A stretch of 32,000 nt of DNA from Erysipelotrichaceae bacterium (GTDB taxonomy: Bacteria > Bacillota_I > Bacilli_A > Erysipelotrichales > Coprobacillaceae): the NCBI GenBank assembly GCA_028698185.1, contig JAQVDW010000007.1, positions 30,001 through 62,000 of the forward strand, written 5' to 3'. Each line of letters starts with the position of its first letter. Within the stretch, counting starts at the first letter, position 1. A model generated the notes under the pieces. It saw only the letters and a list, made by a program, of their open reading frames with translations, ran no database searches and had not been told where the DNA came from. Positions 13,391 to 21,550 of this stretch are shown piece by piece. A program made the translations under genes and the position numbers.

Positions 13391-15374
13391 AGTTCTTGGT
13401 AAGCATGAACAGCTGATAGAAATAGCTTGTCTCGTTCCTTATTTTCTGGATTACGAAGCTGAGTTTCTGGGGCTGATGGTAATTCAGTTCGACTTCGAGC
13501 TCGATCTTCTTGTTCTGGTGCAGTCTTAGATTTTTTATGGTCTTCATCAAATCGAGATAGGAATTGTCGCTGACGATACCCGCCACATTCATTCCCAGGT
13601 TGAAACTGTTTTTCAATCTGGCGGTCTTGACGATTTTCTTGAGCACGTCATTGAAATAAGTGACGTACAAAGCTTCGTCGAGATGGATGATTGGAATGGG
13701 AATCGTCGCATATATCTTGTCGTAGTAATGGCCCTTGAAAAGCATGTTCGCCAGACCGTCCTGGTTCTCGATCTTGTTTTTCTCGAGAAGTTCCCGGAAA
13801 TCATCATATTTTAGTGGCGGAGCGAATAGATAGCCCTGGCCGTAGATGCAGCCGATTTCCTGGAGCGCCTGGATCTGTTCCTGCGATTCAACCCCTTCAA
13901 CAATCAGCTGGAGGTCAAGCTTGTTTGCAAGATCGACCACATAATCGACTACGCGGTTGTTTCTGGTTTTATTCAAAATAAAGCGAAGATCCATTTTCAA
14001 GACATCGACCGGCAGCTCGTCTAGGACATTCAAAGACGAATAGCCCGACCCGAAATCATCCATTTCCAGGATGAAGCCGCTGTTTTTGAACTCGTTCACC
14101 CTCTCGATAAGCAAATCGTCGTCGATGCCGTAGCTTTCGGTTATTTCCAGATGCAACGATTCGGGTTCCAGCTGATACTTTTCAAGCAGCCCCTCAAGAT
14201 AGCCTAGCGTACTTTCATCATGGATGTCCAGCCGCGATAGGTTGACCGAGATCGGGATCAAGTTGGAATGTTCATCGAGCCAGTCCCGCATGAACCCGCA
14301 GGCCTTATCGAAAACAAAATAATCCAGTTCCTTGATCAGGCTGTTCTGTTCGAGAATCGGGATGAATTTGTCCGGTGCCAGAAAGCCGTAGTTGGGATGG
14401 TTCCAGCGGATCAGCGCCTCGGCCCCGATAATCGAATAGTCGTGGAGATTGAATTTTGGCTGATAGTAAATCTCGAACCGGCCTTCGTGGAGCGACTTTT
14501 TAAAAGAGCTGATTATCTCCTGGACGAACATCTGGTTTTTACGCATGTCATCATGGTAATGGATGATATTAAGCATCTCGTTGTTGAGCGCCAGGTTGCT
14601 GGCGAGCTTGGCCCGGTCGTATCCGATCCGGATCGGAATGACCCTTTCGGGCAGGGAATAGACCCCCATCCGCAATGTCAATGGAGCCTCGAGGGTCTCC
14701 AGCGCCTCGACCAGGCTTGTCTTGAATCTGGTGAAATTGAAATCGTCGATTTCCAGGAAAAACGCGAATTCGTCCCCGGTAATCCTGGTTCCAAAGCCGT
14801 TGCAGTCGGTGATGACCATCGAGCAGATGGCGCTAAGTTCACCAAGAAGGGCATTGCCCCTGGTGATGCCATAGCGTTCATTGAAGAATTTGAAGCCATT
14901 GATGTTCAGGTTGATGACCTTCAACAAGGCCGGATTGGCCCCGTTGATCATCCGCTGTCCAGTCGCGAAAAATTCGTCGCTGCTCAAAAAGCAGGAACCG
15001 GGTTTGGGATTTGATTCTGTAGGGGCCAAAACAATCCTGTCAATCTTGTTTTTTAACAAGCCGCGGTTGTGGTCCGCCCTTATGATATCAACTACCCCCA
15101 AGGCTACCATTCTGTCAACCTGGTCGCTTTGATCGTTATCGCTTTGGATGATGATGGCGATTTCCCGGTCGAACGCTCTTACTGTCTCCAGGCATTCGAG
15201 TGCCTTTTTGTCCTCAAGGGCGATGAAAACCAGCCCTGGCGACTGTTTCAAAGCTTCCTCAAGGGAGCTTTCAATTCCCCGGACATAAGTAGTGTTGTCG
15301 GGAAACTCGTGTTGAAACCATTTCCTTGTTGTCTGGTTATCGGTCACCAATATTATCTGTTCGAGTTCGTTCAT
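13389..15374 (-). CDS. Signalling protein: receiver-like N-terminus, degenerate GGDEF (TGDEF), intact EAL phosphodiesterase, and an extra C-terminal domain of about 125 aa
   Basis: Start at MNELEQ, 6 nt after GGAGG. All EAL motifs are present: EALIRW, ISVNLS, LEITES, DDFGSGYSSL, KMD, EGVES, GQGY. The GGDEF region reads INLNINGFKFFNERYG...RITGDEF. Confidence 0.9.
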   Translation of the reverse strand: MNELEQIILVTDNQTTRKWFQHEFPDNTTYVRGIESSLEEALKQSPGLVFIALEDKKALECLETVRAFDREIAIIIQSDNDQSDQVDRMVALGVVDIIRADHNRGLLKNKIDRIVLAPTESNPKPGSCFLSSDEFFATGQRMINGANPALLKVINLNINGFKFFNERYGITRGNALLGELSAICSMVITDCNGFGTRITGDEFAFFLEIDDFNFTRFKTSLVEALETLEAPLTLRMGVYSLPERVIPIRIGYDRAKLASNLALNNEMLNIIHYHDDMRKNQMFVQEIISSFKKSLHEGRFEIYYQPKFNLHDYSIIGAEALIRWNHPNYGFLAPDKFIPILEQNSLIKELDYFVFDKACGFMRDWLDEHSNLIPISVNLSRLDIHDESTLGYLEGLLEKYQLEPESLHLEITESYGIDDDLLIERVNEFKNSGFILEMDDFGSGYSSLNVLDELPVDVLKMDLRFILNKTRNNRVVDYVVDLANKLDLQLIVEGVESQEQIQALQEIGCIYGQGYLFAPPLKYDDFRELLEKNKIENQDGLANMLFKGHYYDKIYATIPIPIIHLDEALYVTYFNDVLKKIVKTARLKNSFNLGMNVAGIVSDNSYLDLMKTIKNLRLHQNKKIELEVELNYHQPQKLSFVIQKIRNETSYFYQLFMLTKN

Positions 15375-15395
15375 AACCAGCCTCCTGCAAAATTT

Positions 15396-15427
15396 AAAAA
15401 TGAAAATTGGGCGCCTGCCCAATTTCT
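15396..15427 (-). terminator. Terminator after cobO
   Basis: A 9-bp stem AAATTGGGC-gcct-GCCCAATTT, followed in minus sense by TCATTTTT. Confidence 0.55.
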
Positions 15428-15461
15428 GGCAATCAATATTTAAGTGAAGTCCGCCAAGGTA

Positions 15462-15986
15462 TCAGTATTCGATCCCGCTGCGGGCTTTTTGGCCCCGGTC
15501 GTAGGGGTGCTTTTCCTTTATCAGGTTTGTCTGATAGTCGATGAGATCCTCGAGTCCACCAATTTTTTGGTGGCCGGTCATCACCACTTCGACTTCAACC
15601 GGCCGCTTTTCAATAAATTGGCGGATCCGGTCCATGTCAAGGTAATCGAGACTGATCGTGTCACCGATCTCGTCGAGTACGACCATCGAATACGTCCCGG
15701 TCGCTACGATCTTTTCGATATCGCCAAAGTAGCGCGCCAGTTTCTCCCGGGACTCCACCTTTTGACTTTCACTCATCAAAAAAGTGAAAGGGTAATTCCA
15801 ATTTAACACAAAAACATCAATATTATCAACCTTTTTTAAAACCTGAATATCATTGGTCCGGTCGTTTTTTAAAAACTGACAATACAGCACCCGGTTTTTG
15901 TTGCTAGAGCGCAGTGCCAATCCCATTGCCGCTGTCGTCTTTCCCTTGCCATCGCCATAGTAGTAATGGACGCATCCTTTCATCAT
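15462..15986 (-). CDS. cobO: Cob(I)yrinic acid a,c-diamide / corrinoid adenosyltransferase (CobA/CobO/BtuR family)
   Basis: Motifs GDGKGKTTAA, VVLDE, VMTGH and KH...G..A..GIEY at the C-terminus match the CobA family pattern. RBS AAGGAGA is very close to the first ATG, so the second ATG at 15983 is also a possible start. Confidence 0.8.
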   Translation of the reverse strand: MMKGCVHYYYGDGKGKTTAAMGLALRSSNKNRVLYCQFLKNDRTNDIQVLKKVDNIDVFVLNWNYPFTFLMSESQKVESREKLARYFGDIEKIVATGTYSMVVLDEIGDTISLDYLDMDRIRQFIEKRPVEVEVVMTGHQKIGGLEDLIDYQTNLIKEKHPYDRGQKARSGIEY

Positions 15987-15999
15987 GGTCTCCTTTGAT

Positions 16000-17556
16000 T
16001 TATTTTTTTGTCCTGAAGCTCCACCACAACAGTGCGCCTAGGATCAGTGCCATCAAGTAGGCACCAACGCTCAATACCGGCAATCCCAAAATCCAGGCTG
16101 GCATCGGCCCTGTCGCCGCCATGGTTCCGCAGACAAGCAATATGCCAATCAGGAAAGTGAGGACAAGACGGTATACCGTTTTTTCAACCAGCTTGGTAGC
16201 CGAGTAGCCAAAATTGTATTCGACAGCCAGCTTGGTCTGCCCCCGAAGCAGCATCCGCAAGGAATTGTTGATGTTCTTGGGAATGCTTGGAGCCGAGCGC
16301 AACGAAAGAAGCAGGTTGTTAAGCAGCGTCTGGAACTCTTTTTTTATCAGTTCGCCATTGACGCTGTGGAGCCGGTAAGCGAAAACTTCCAGGAAATTGG
16401 TTTCAGGGGCGATGGTCGCCAGCACCCCTTCAAGAGTCATTATCCCTCTGGCAAACATCGTAACCCCGGAGGGAAGGCCGATGGCGTGGTTGTTAGTCAG
16501 GGAGAAAAGTTCCTCAACCACCACACCAAGATTGATATTCGAGAAATCCAGGTCGACATATTTGGTGACAAACAGGTCAAGGTCGTCATAGAGCTTGGTA
16601 TGATCGACATCACCCTGGATCTTGCCGTATGACAAAAGGACCATCTTGAGCTGGTAGATGTCATGCTCGAGAATGGCGCTCAGGGCATCGGCGACCAGCT
16701 TGCGGTCCCGGCTGGTGATCCGGCCCATCATCCCGAAATCGATCCAGATGATCTTGCCCTCGTCGACCATGATGTTGCCCGGATGGGGATCGGCATGGAA
16801 ATAGCCAAAATCCAGGATCTGGTTGACATAATTGACGGTCAGCTTGTGGGCGATCTCCGTGAGGTCATAACCTTCTTTTTCCAGGTTGACCACATCGTCG
16901 ATATAAAGACCCGTGACATGTTCCATGACCAGGACGGTCGGTCTTGTCAGTGGCACATTGACCTGGGGCACCTTGATATAGTTGTACTGCCGATTGTTTA
17001 GATAGAACTCATCGATGTTGTTGGCTTCGACCACGAAATCCATTTCTTCCTGGGCGACCAACCACATCTCGTCGATAAGCAGATTGACTTCCTGGGGCTT
17101 GATCTTGTCAGTGGCCAATCCGACAAAGCGGCTGAGCCTCTTGATGATTTTGACGTCCTGTTCCATCTGCCTGTAGATGTTTTGACGTTGCACCTTGATC
17201 ACGACATGGCTGCCATCTTCCAGGTAGGCCTCATGGACCTGGGCGATTGATGCCGAGCCGATCGGATTTTCAACAACGCTTCTGAAATAGCGGCGGTAAT
17301 CGCCATCATAGGCGCGGTTGAGCTGTTTTTCAACGGTCGCAAAAGTCATCGGTTTGACATCCATCCGCAGTTTTTCCAGTTCCTTGACATATTCGAGCGG
17401 GATCAGATCCTGGCGCATCGATAGAATCTGGCCAAATTTCACAAAGGTCGGTCCCAGGTCATCAAGAATGACCCGCAACTTGATGGGAGTCAGGCCGCGA
17501 TTTATGCGATGTTTTCTCAATACCGCAATTATTTGATTGAGCCGACCTTGTTTCAT
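16000..17556 (-). CDS. ABC1/UbiB (AarF) family atypical protein kinase with C-terminal TM helices
   Basis: LGPTFVKFGQILSMRQDLIP, ASIAQVH and HADPHPGN are hallmark ABC1/UbiB motifs. I chose the ATG at 17556, 1 nt after the upstream stop. The track start at 17565 is a GTG overlapping the upstream gene by 8 nt. Confidence 0.85.
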   Translation of the reverse strand: MKQGRLNQIIAVLRKHRINRGLTPIKLRVILDDLGPTFVKFGQILSMRQDLIPLEYVKELEKLRMDVKPMTFATVEKQLNRAYDGDYRRYFRSVVENPIGSASIAQVHEAYLEDGSHVVIKVQRQNIYRQMEQDVKIIKRLSRFVGLATDKIKPQEVNLLIDEMWLVAQEEMDFVVEANNIDEFYLNNRQYNYIKVPQVNVPLTRPTVLVMEHVTGLYIDDVVNLEKEGYDLTEIAHKLTVNYVNQILDFGYFHADPHPGNIMVDEGKIIWIDFGMMGRITSRDRKLVADALSAILEHDIYQLKMVLLSYGKIQGDVDHTKLYDDLDLFVTKYVDLDFSNINLGVVVEELFSLTNNHAIGLPSGVTMFARGIMTLEGVLATIAPETNFLEVFAYRLHSVNGELIKKEFQTLLNNLLLSLRSAPSIPKNINNSLRMLLRGQTKLAVEYNFGYSATKLVEKTVYRLVLTFLIGILLVCGTMAATGPMPAWILGLPVLSVGAYLMALILGALLWWSFRTKK

Positions 17557-17557
17557 A

Positions 17558-17872
17558 TCATTCACCCGCTTCTAGTTCATCCAACTTGGCTTTAAGTTGC
17601 TGCAACTGTTCCTTCGACAGCTTGTCGATATTGGCAAAAACGCTTTCGGGACTGAGCGGTTCGATATCCAGAGCTTCATGGGCTTTGGCTTTGACTTTTT
17701 CCTTGGCTTTATGGCTCAGCTCCTGATTGAGTTCCTTGCCTTGTTTGACTGTAAGTTCACCTTTGGCGACCAATTCATCGATCAGTTCCTTGGATTTTTC
17801 CATAGACAAAGAAACCGAACCGACAGCGACCAAAAGGGCCTTTTTGAGCAATTCATTAACGTCTTTCATCAT
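17558..17872 (-). CDS. Small coiled-coil protein, phasin-like (COG3937-type)
   Basis: 104 aa. The segment LLVAVGSVSLSMEKSKELIDELVAKGELTVKQGKELNQEL resembles phasin-family proteins often found next to ABC1 kinases in Bacillota. Assigned from memory of the family only. Confidence 0.5.
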   Translation of the reverse strand: MMKDVNELLKKALLVAVGSVSLSMEKSKELIDELVAKGELTVKQGKELNQELSHKAKEKVKAKAHEALDIEPLSPESVFANIDKLSKEQLQQLKAKLDELEAGE

Positions 17873-18017
17873 GATTCACCTAGTGCAAAAGTGCATCCCT
17901 TTCTTTCTTCCATTATATAACATTCGCCCGACAATGAAAATAGGATGCTCCTTATTTCCCGTTTTTTTAAAATGTGTTATAATAAACTCAAATAGAAAGC
18001 AAAGAAGAGGTGGTATC

Positions 18018-18266
18018 ATGATTGACTTCAACCAGATTTCCAAGGTAAATTCCCTGCTCAAGCAAAAGGGTTACGAGTACTCGATCCATGCCATCGGCGG
18101 CTGTTCCTGCAAGGGGGTTATGCTCAAGCAGGAAGGCAAGAGCGCCGACAAAGACGAAATCATCGCCTTGATCAATGAAGTTCTCTATTCGTCATGGCAG
18201 GTGGCTGTCCCCAGCGAAGAGGATCCCGACTATTTGCTTATCAAGCACAAAATGGACCTGTTATAG
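18018..18266 (+). CDS. Small hypothetical protein (82 aa)
   Basis: Start at MIDFNQ, 7 nt after GAGGTGG. An extended -10 TGTGTTATAAT lies upstream. The track ORF 17727..18266 extends antisense into the phasin-like gene and is not credible upstream of this ATG. Confidence 0.6.
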   Translation: MIDFNQISKVNSLLKQKGYEYSIHAIGGCSCKGVMLKQEGKSADKDEIIALINEVLYSSWQVAVPSEEDPDYLLIKHKMDLL

Positions 18267-18278
18267 GTCCATTTTTTA
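18248..18278. terminator. Bidirectional intrinsic terminator
   Basis: ATGGACCT-gttat-AGGTCCAT, with TTTTT on the plus side and TTTTG in minus sense. It overlaps both converging stop codons. Confidence 0.8.
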
Positions 18279-18623
18279 TATCAGCGTTTGCAGCCGTGAC
18301 TGCCATTGGTTGATCTTATCCACCATCATTCCAAGACCGTCATGGCTGTTTGTGCGAAGCTGCCTTTCCAGGGCGACTAGATCCTCAAACATCATGGTCA
18401 ACCCCAGATTGGCGCTGACCCCTTTTAAAACATGTACCTGGATAGCCATATCGTGCCAGTCCCCGGCAATAAAGGCCCGGTTGAGCCGGTCAAAAGCATA
18501 GTCCCGGGCAAAAGCCCCAAGACAGTCCTTCAGGAATTCCAGATCTCCGCCCAGGTCGGCCATGACTTTTCTTCCATCCCAGCCCCAGTTTTTCTCAAGT
18601 TGCTCTAGCAGTTCTTCCATCAT
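18276..18623 (-). CDS. Stand-alone histidine phosphotransfer (HPt) domain protein
   Basis: 115 aa, predicted helical, with the HPt signature AIQVHVLKGVSANLGL (HxLKG). The weak RBS suggests coupling to the upstream gene, 12 nt away. Confidence 0.7.
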   Translation of the reverse strand: MMEELLEQLEKNWGWDGRKVMADLGGDLEFLKDCLGAFARDYAFDRLNRAFIAGDWHDMAIQVHVLKGVSANLGLTMMFEDLVALERQLRTNSHDGLGMMVDKINQWQSRLQTLI

Positions 18624-18635
18624 GTCCTGGATGCC

Positions 18636-19703
18636 CTAACCAGATTTCTTGGCTTTTTGCAGCTGGATATAGGCTTCATTGAGATTTTGTTCCAGGGTCA
18701 GTTCCCGGTCATATTGCTTGAATCCAACGGCCAAGGTTATGTTGTCATCGACAACCTGGCATTCCTTGATGACATCATCGAGATACTCGTCGACTGGCTT
18801 GAGATTGTCCGAGGCGTAAACGACACAAAACTTGTCCCCCCCATAGCGGTAGAAAGACCCTTTGATGTCGCGTTTTTTGAGGATATTGCCGATTTGGACA
18901 AGAAGTTTGTCGCCATACTCGAACGAATAGCGGCGGTTGAGATGGGTCAGATCATGGATGTCGACCAAAGCGATGGAATAGTCCTCATTGGCGAAGTCAA
19001 AATTGGTCAAAGCCGCCATCAGGTCGACGTAGCTGACAACCGACTCGATTCCCGCGACATGGACCCGCTCGTTGATCTCGAATCGGTCGACACTGTCCAT
19101 CAGGTCGTTTTTCGAAAGTTGCCGGTAGTACCTTATGATGAACACGCCCAGGATGAAGGCGACAAAGTAAAGAAACAGGACAACCGCCACATTGATCAGG
19201 TAGGTTCCATTGACTTTTTTCCACGGATCGAGAAGCGTATTGAAGGCTCCAAAAGCGTAAAGCACGGTTGTCAGCAGATAATTGACAATCAAAATTGAAT
19301 AACGCTCGTGGACGACCCCGACAAGAATCGGGATGACCCCAACCGCCAGGATTGCCACATAACCGGTATGCATGCATACCGCCACAAAACCATAAACCAC
19401 AAAGCAAATCGACAGGATCATCTGCTTGATGTAGATGCTTGTTTTAGCAAAAGTGTAGACAAGATAGCTCACCCCGACAATCGCCAGCTCAAGGGCAATC
19501 GGCAACAAGATGAACTTGAGCCAGTAGACATGAACCGGATGAAGCAGCATCTTTTGCGAGAGAATGACGTAGAAGATGATTATCTCCATTATGAAAGTTG
19601 AAAAAGTCAGCAAGGCCAGGACCTGGACAAAGTTTGCCAGCCAGAGGTTCTTGACATAGTTCTGCTTCTCCAAATATTTTTTATATACGTAACGCGAATC
19701 CAT
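18636..19703 (-). CDS. Membrane protein (about 5-6 TM) with a C-terminal degenerate GGDEF domain (GGDKF)
   Basis: The hydrophobic N-terminal part spans about 190 aa. The C-terminal ALVDIHDLTHLNRRYSFEYGDKLL...RYGGDKFCVV...LAVGF...QLQKAKKSG aligns to the diguanylate cyclase fold, with Glu->Lys in the signature. Confidence 0.8.
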   Translation of the reverse strand: MDSRYVYKKYLEKQNYVKNLWLANFVQVLALLTFSTFIMEIIIFYVILSQKMLLHPVHVYWLKFILLPIALELAIVGVSYLVYTFAKTSIYIKQMILSICFVVYGFVAVCMHTGYVAILAVGVIPILVGVVHERYSILIVNYLLTTVLYAFGAFNTLLDPWKKVNGTYLINVAVVLFLYFVAFILGVFIIRYYRQLSKNDLMDSVDRFEINERVHVAGIESVVSYVDLMAALTNFDFANEDYSIALVDIHDLTHLNRRYSFEYGDKLLVQIGNILKKRDIKGSFYRYGGDKFCVVYASDNLKPVDEYLDDVIKECQVVDDNITLAVGFKQYDRELTLEQNLNEAYIQLQKAKKSG

Positions 19704-19706
19704 TGC

Positions 19707-20780
19707 TTATACCTCGACCTTCTTATTTTGTTCAAGATAGCGATTCCTGCAGGTCTTGAAAATGATCAGAATCGGAATCATTATCAGCATCCCGATTACG
19801 CCAAAGAACGCGGATCCCGCAAAAATGCCGAAGAGGATGGAGATGAACGTCAGACCGGTGGTCGCTGAATAAATTCTTGGACCGATCACATAAGAATCGA
19901 TATTTGACTGGATGGCAATCAGGATCAACAGGAAAACGACCCGATCGAACCCGAGATAGAATGTGGCCAGAACGCCGATCAGATTGGCACTCATCGCCCC
20001 GACATAGGGAATGATCGAACCCAGCCCGCCCAATATTCCAAGAACAAGCCAGTTTTCATTGCCGATGATGAGATAGACGATGAAAAATTCGACTGCCTGG
20101 ATACATGCCCCAATGGCAAAGGCCTTGAAATATGAATGGAGCGCCTCCTCGATATCCCGGAAATAACCAACCAGATTCACGTCGACGGCACTGACGGCTT
20201 TTTTTATCTTGAGTCGGATTGCCGGATAGCTGTAAGACATGTAGATGGCCAGGATGAAGTAGACCACAAAATTCAGGGTATTGTTGATCACATTGGAAAT
20301 GAAATCCAACGCCCCGTTCATGAACGAGAAATTCTTGAAAAATGCGGTGATCTGTTCGATCGCCTGGGAAATCAGCGGCTGGATATCGTAATTAGTGTTT
20401 AGCGTGATCCACTGCTCGATTTCGCTTAACCCCCGCGTGATCTGGGGCACCATGCTTGCGGCATTGGAGAACATCATCGGGATGACCAGGAAAATCAGAC
20501 CGATAAAAAGCGCCAGGATGCCAAGATACACCACGAAAACCGCCAGCCCCCGGGGCAGGTAACGACCCAGATAAGCGACCAGTTTGTTCAAGGCAAACGC
20601 TATGACAAAACTGATGACAAACGGTTTGATTATGCTTAACAGCTTGTTTGCGACGTCGTTGTAACTGTCGCCAAGAACTGTCAGCAGCAAAAGGAAACTG
20701 ATGAACAGAATCACATTAGCCAGACTCCTGGTTGTCTTGGTTGAGTTGAAGTACTTGATTATCTTGTTGATGTATTTCAT
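19707..20780 (-). CDS. AI-2E family transporter (PerM/UPF0118 permease)
   Basis: Start at MKYINK, 4 nt after the xth stop. The protein has about 8 TM segments and an AI-2E-like conserved C-terminal half (IPYVGA...PRIY...GL). Family call from overall pattern. Confidence 0.75.
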   Translation of the reverse strand: MKYINKIIKYFNSTKTTRSLANVILFISFLLLLTVLGDSYNDVANKLLSIIKPFVISFVIAFALNKLVAYLGRYLPRGLAVFVVYLGILALFIGLIFLVIPMMFSNAASMVPQITRGLSEIEQWITLNTNYDIQPLISQAIEQITAFFKNFSFMNGALDFISNVINNTLNFVVYFILAIYMSYSYPAIRLKIKKAVSAVDVNLVGYFRDIEEALHSYFKAFAIGACIQAVEFFIVYLIIGNENWLVLGILGGLGSIIPYVGAMSANLIGVLATFYLGFDRVVFLLILIAIQSNIDSYVIGPRIYSATTGLTFISILFGIFAGSAFFGVIGMLIMIPILIIFKTCRNRYLEQNKKVEV

Positions 20781-20784
20781 ATCA

Positions 20785-21549
20785 TCACCACTTGTGACAT
20801 TCGAGTTCCAGGACGACCGGGCAGTGGTCGGAACCGTATACGTCATTCAGAATTTGCGCTTCCTTGATTTTGTCTTTGAGTGCCTGGGAAACCACGAAAT
20901 AATCGATCCGCCAGCCAATATTCTTGTCGCGGGCCTTGAAGCGGTATGACCACCATGAATAGATGTCAGTCACATCGGGATAGAGATGGCGGAAAGTGTC
21001 AATAAAGCCGCGGCTTAAAAGCTGCGAAAAAGAGTCCCTTTCCTGGTCGGAAAATCCGGGATTGAAATGATTGCGGGCGGGATTTTTCAAATCGATTTCC
21101 TGATGGGCCACGTTCAAATCACCACAGAGGATGACCGGTTTGATCTTGGCTAGACTTTCCATATAGTCATGCAGGGCTCCATCGTATTCCAGGCGGAAAT
21201 CCAGACGTTTAAGAGCATCCTGGCTGTTTGGCGAATAAGAGTTGAGCAGATAGAACTCCTCATACTCCAGGGTCAGCAAGCGTCCTTCGTTGTCGAGATG
21301 CTCTACTCCCAGACCATAGTGGACAGCCATCGGTTCTTTTTTGGTGAAAACCATGGTGCCGCTATAGCCCTTTTTATGGGCCGAATAAATGTATTGGTAG
21401 TGGTCAGGAGTGTCCACCTGGGCCTGGCCATCCTGCATCTTCGTTTCCTGGATGCAGAAAATGTCGGCATCGATGGAATTGAAAATATCGATAAAATCTT
21501 TTTTCAAAACAGCGCGAAGGCCGTTCACGTTCCAGGATACTAGTTTCAT
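20785..21549 (-). CDS. xth: Exodeoxyribonuclease III (AP endonuclease)
   Basis: Motifs MKLVSWNVNGLRA, FCIQETK, GDLNVAH and SDHCPV are canonical Xth/ExoA. RBS GGAGG. Confidence 0.95.
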   Translation of the reverse strand: MKLVSWNVNGLRAVLKKDFIDIFNSIDADIFCIQETKMQDGQAQVDTPDHYQYIYSAHKKGYSGTMVFTKKEPMAVHYGLGVEHLDNEGRLLTLEYEEFYLLNSYSPNSQDALKRLDFRLEYDGALHDYMESLAKIKPVILCGDLNVAHQEIDLKNPARNHFNPGFSDQERDSFSQLLSRGFIDTFRHLYPDVTDIYSWWSYRFKARDKNIGWRIDYFVVSQALKDKIKEAQILNDVYGSDHCPVVLELECHKW

Positions 21550-21550
21550 C

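Noticed and set aside
14268-15014. 248-aa plus-strand ORF antisense to the GGDEF-EAL gene
   Set aside because: It is embedded in a gene with strong domain motifs on the other strand. It has no RBS, and its composition looks like the mirror image of the real frame.
17727-18017. Upstream 97-codon extension of the small ORF ending at 18266
   Set aside because: The extension runs antisense through the phasin-like gene and across the promoter region. A strong RBS and ATG at 18018 define the credible start.
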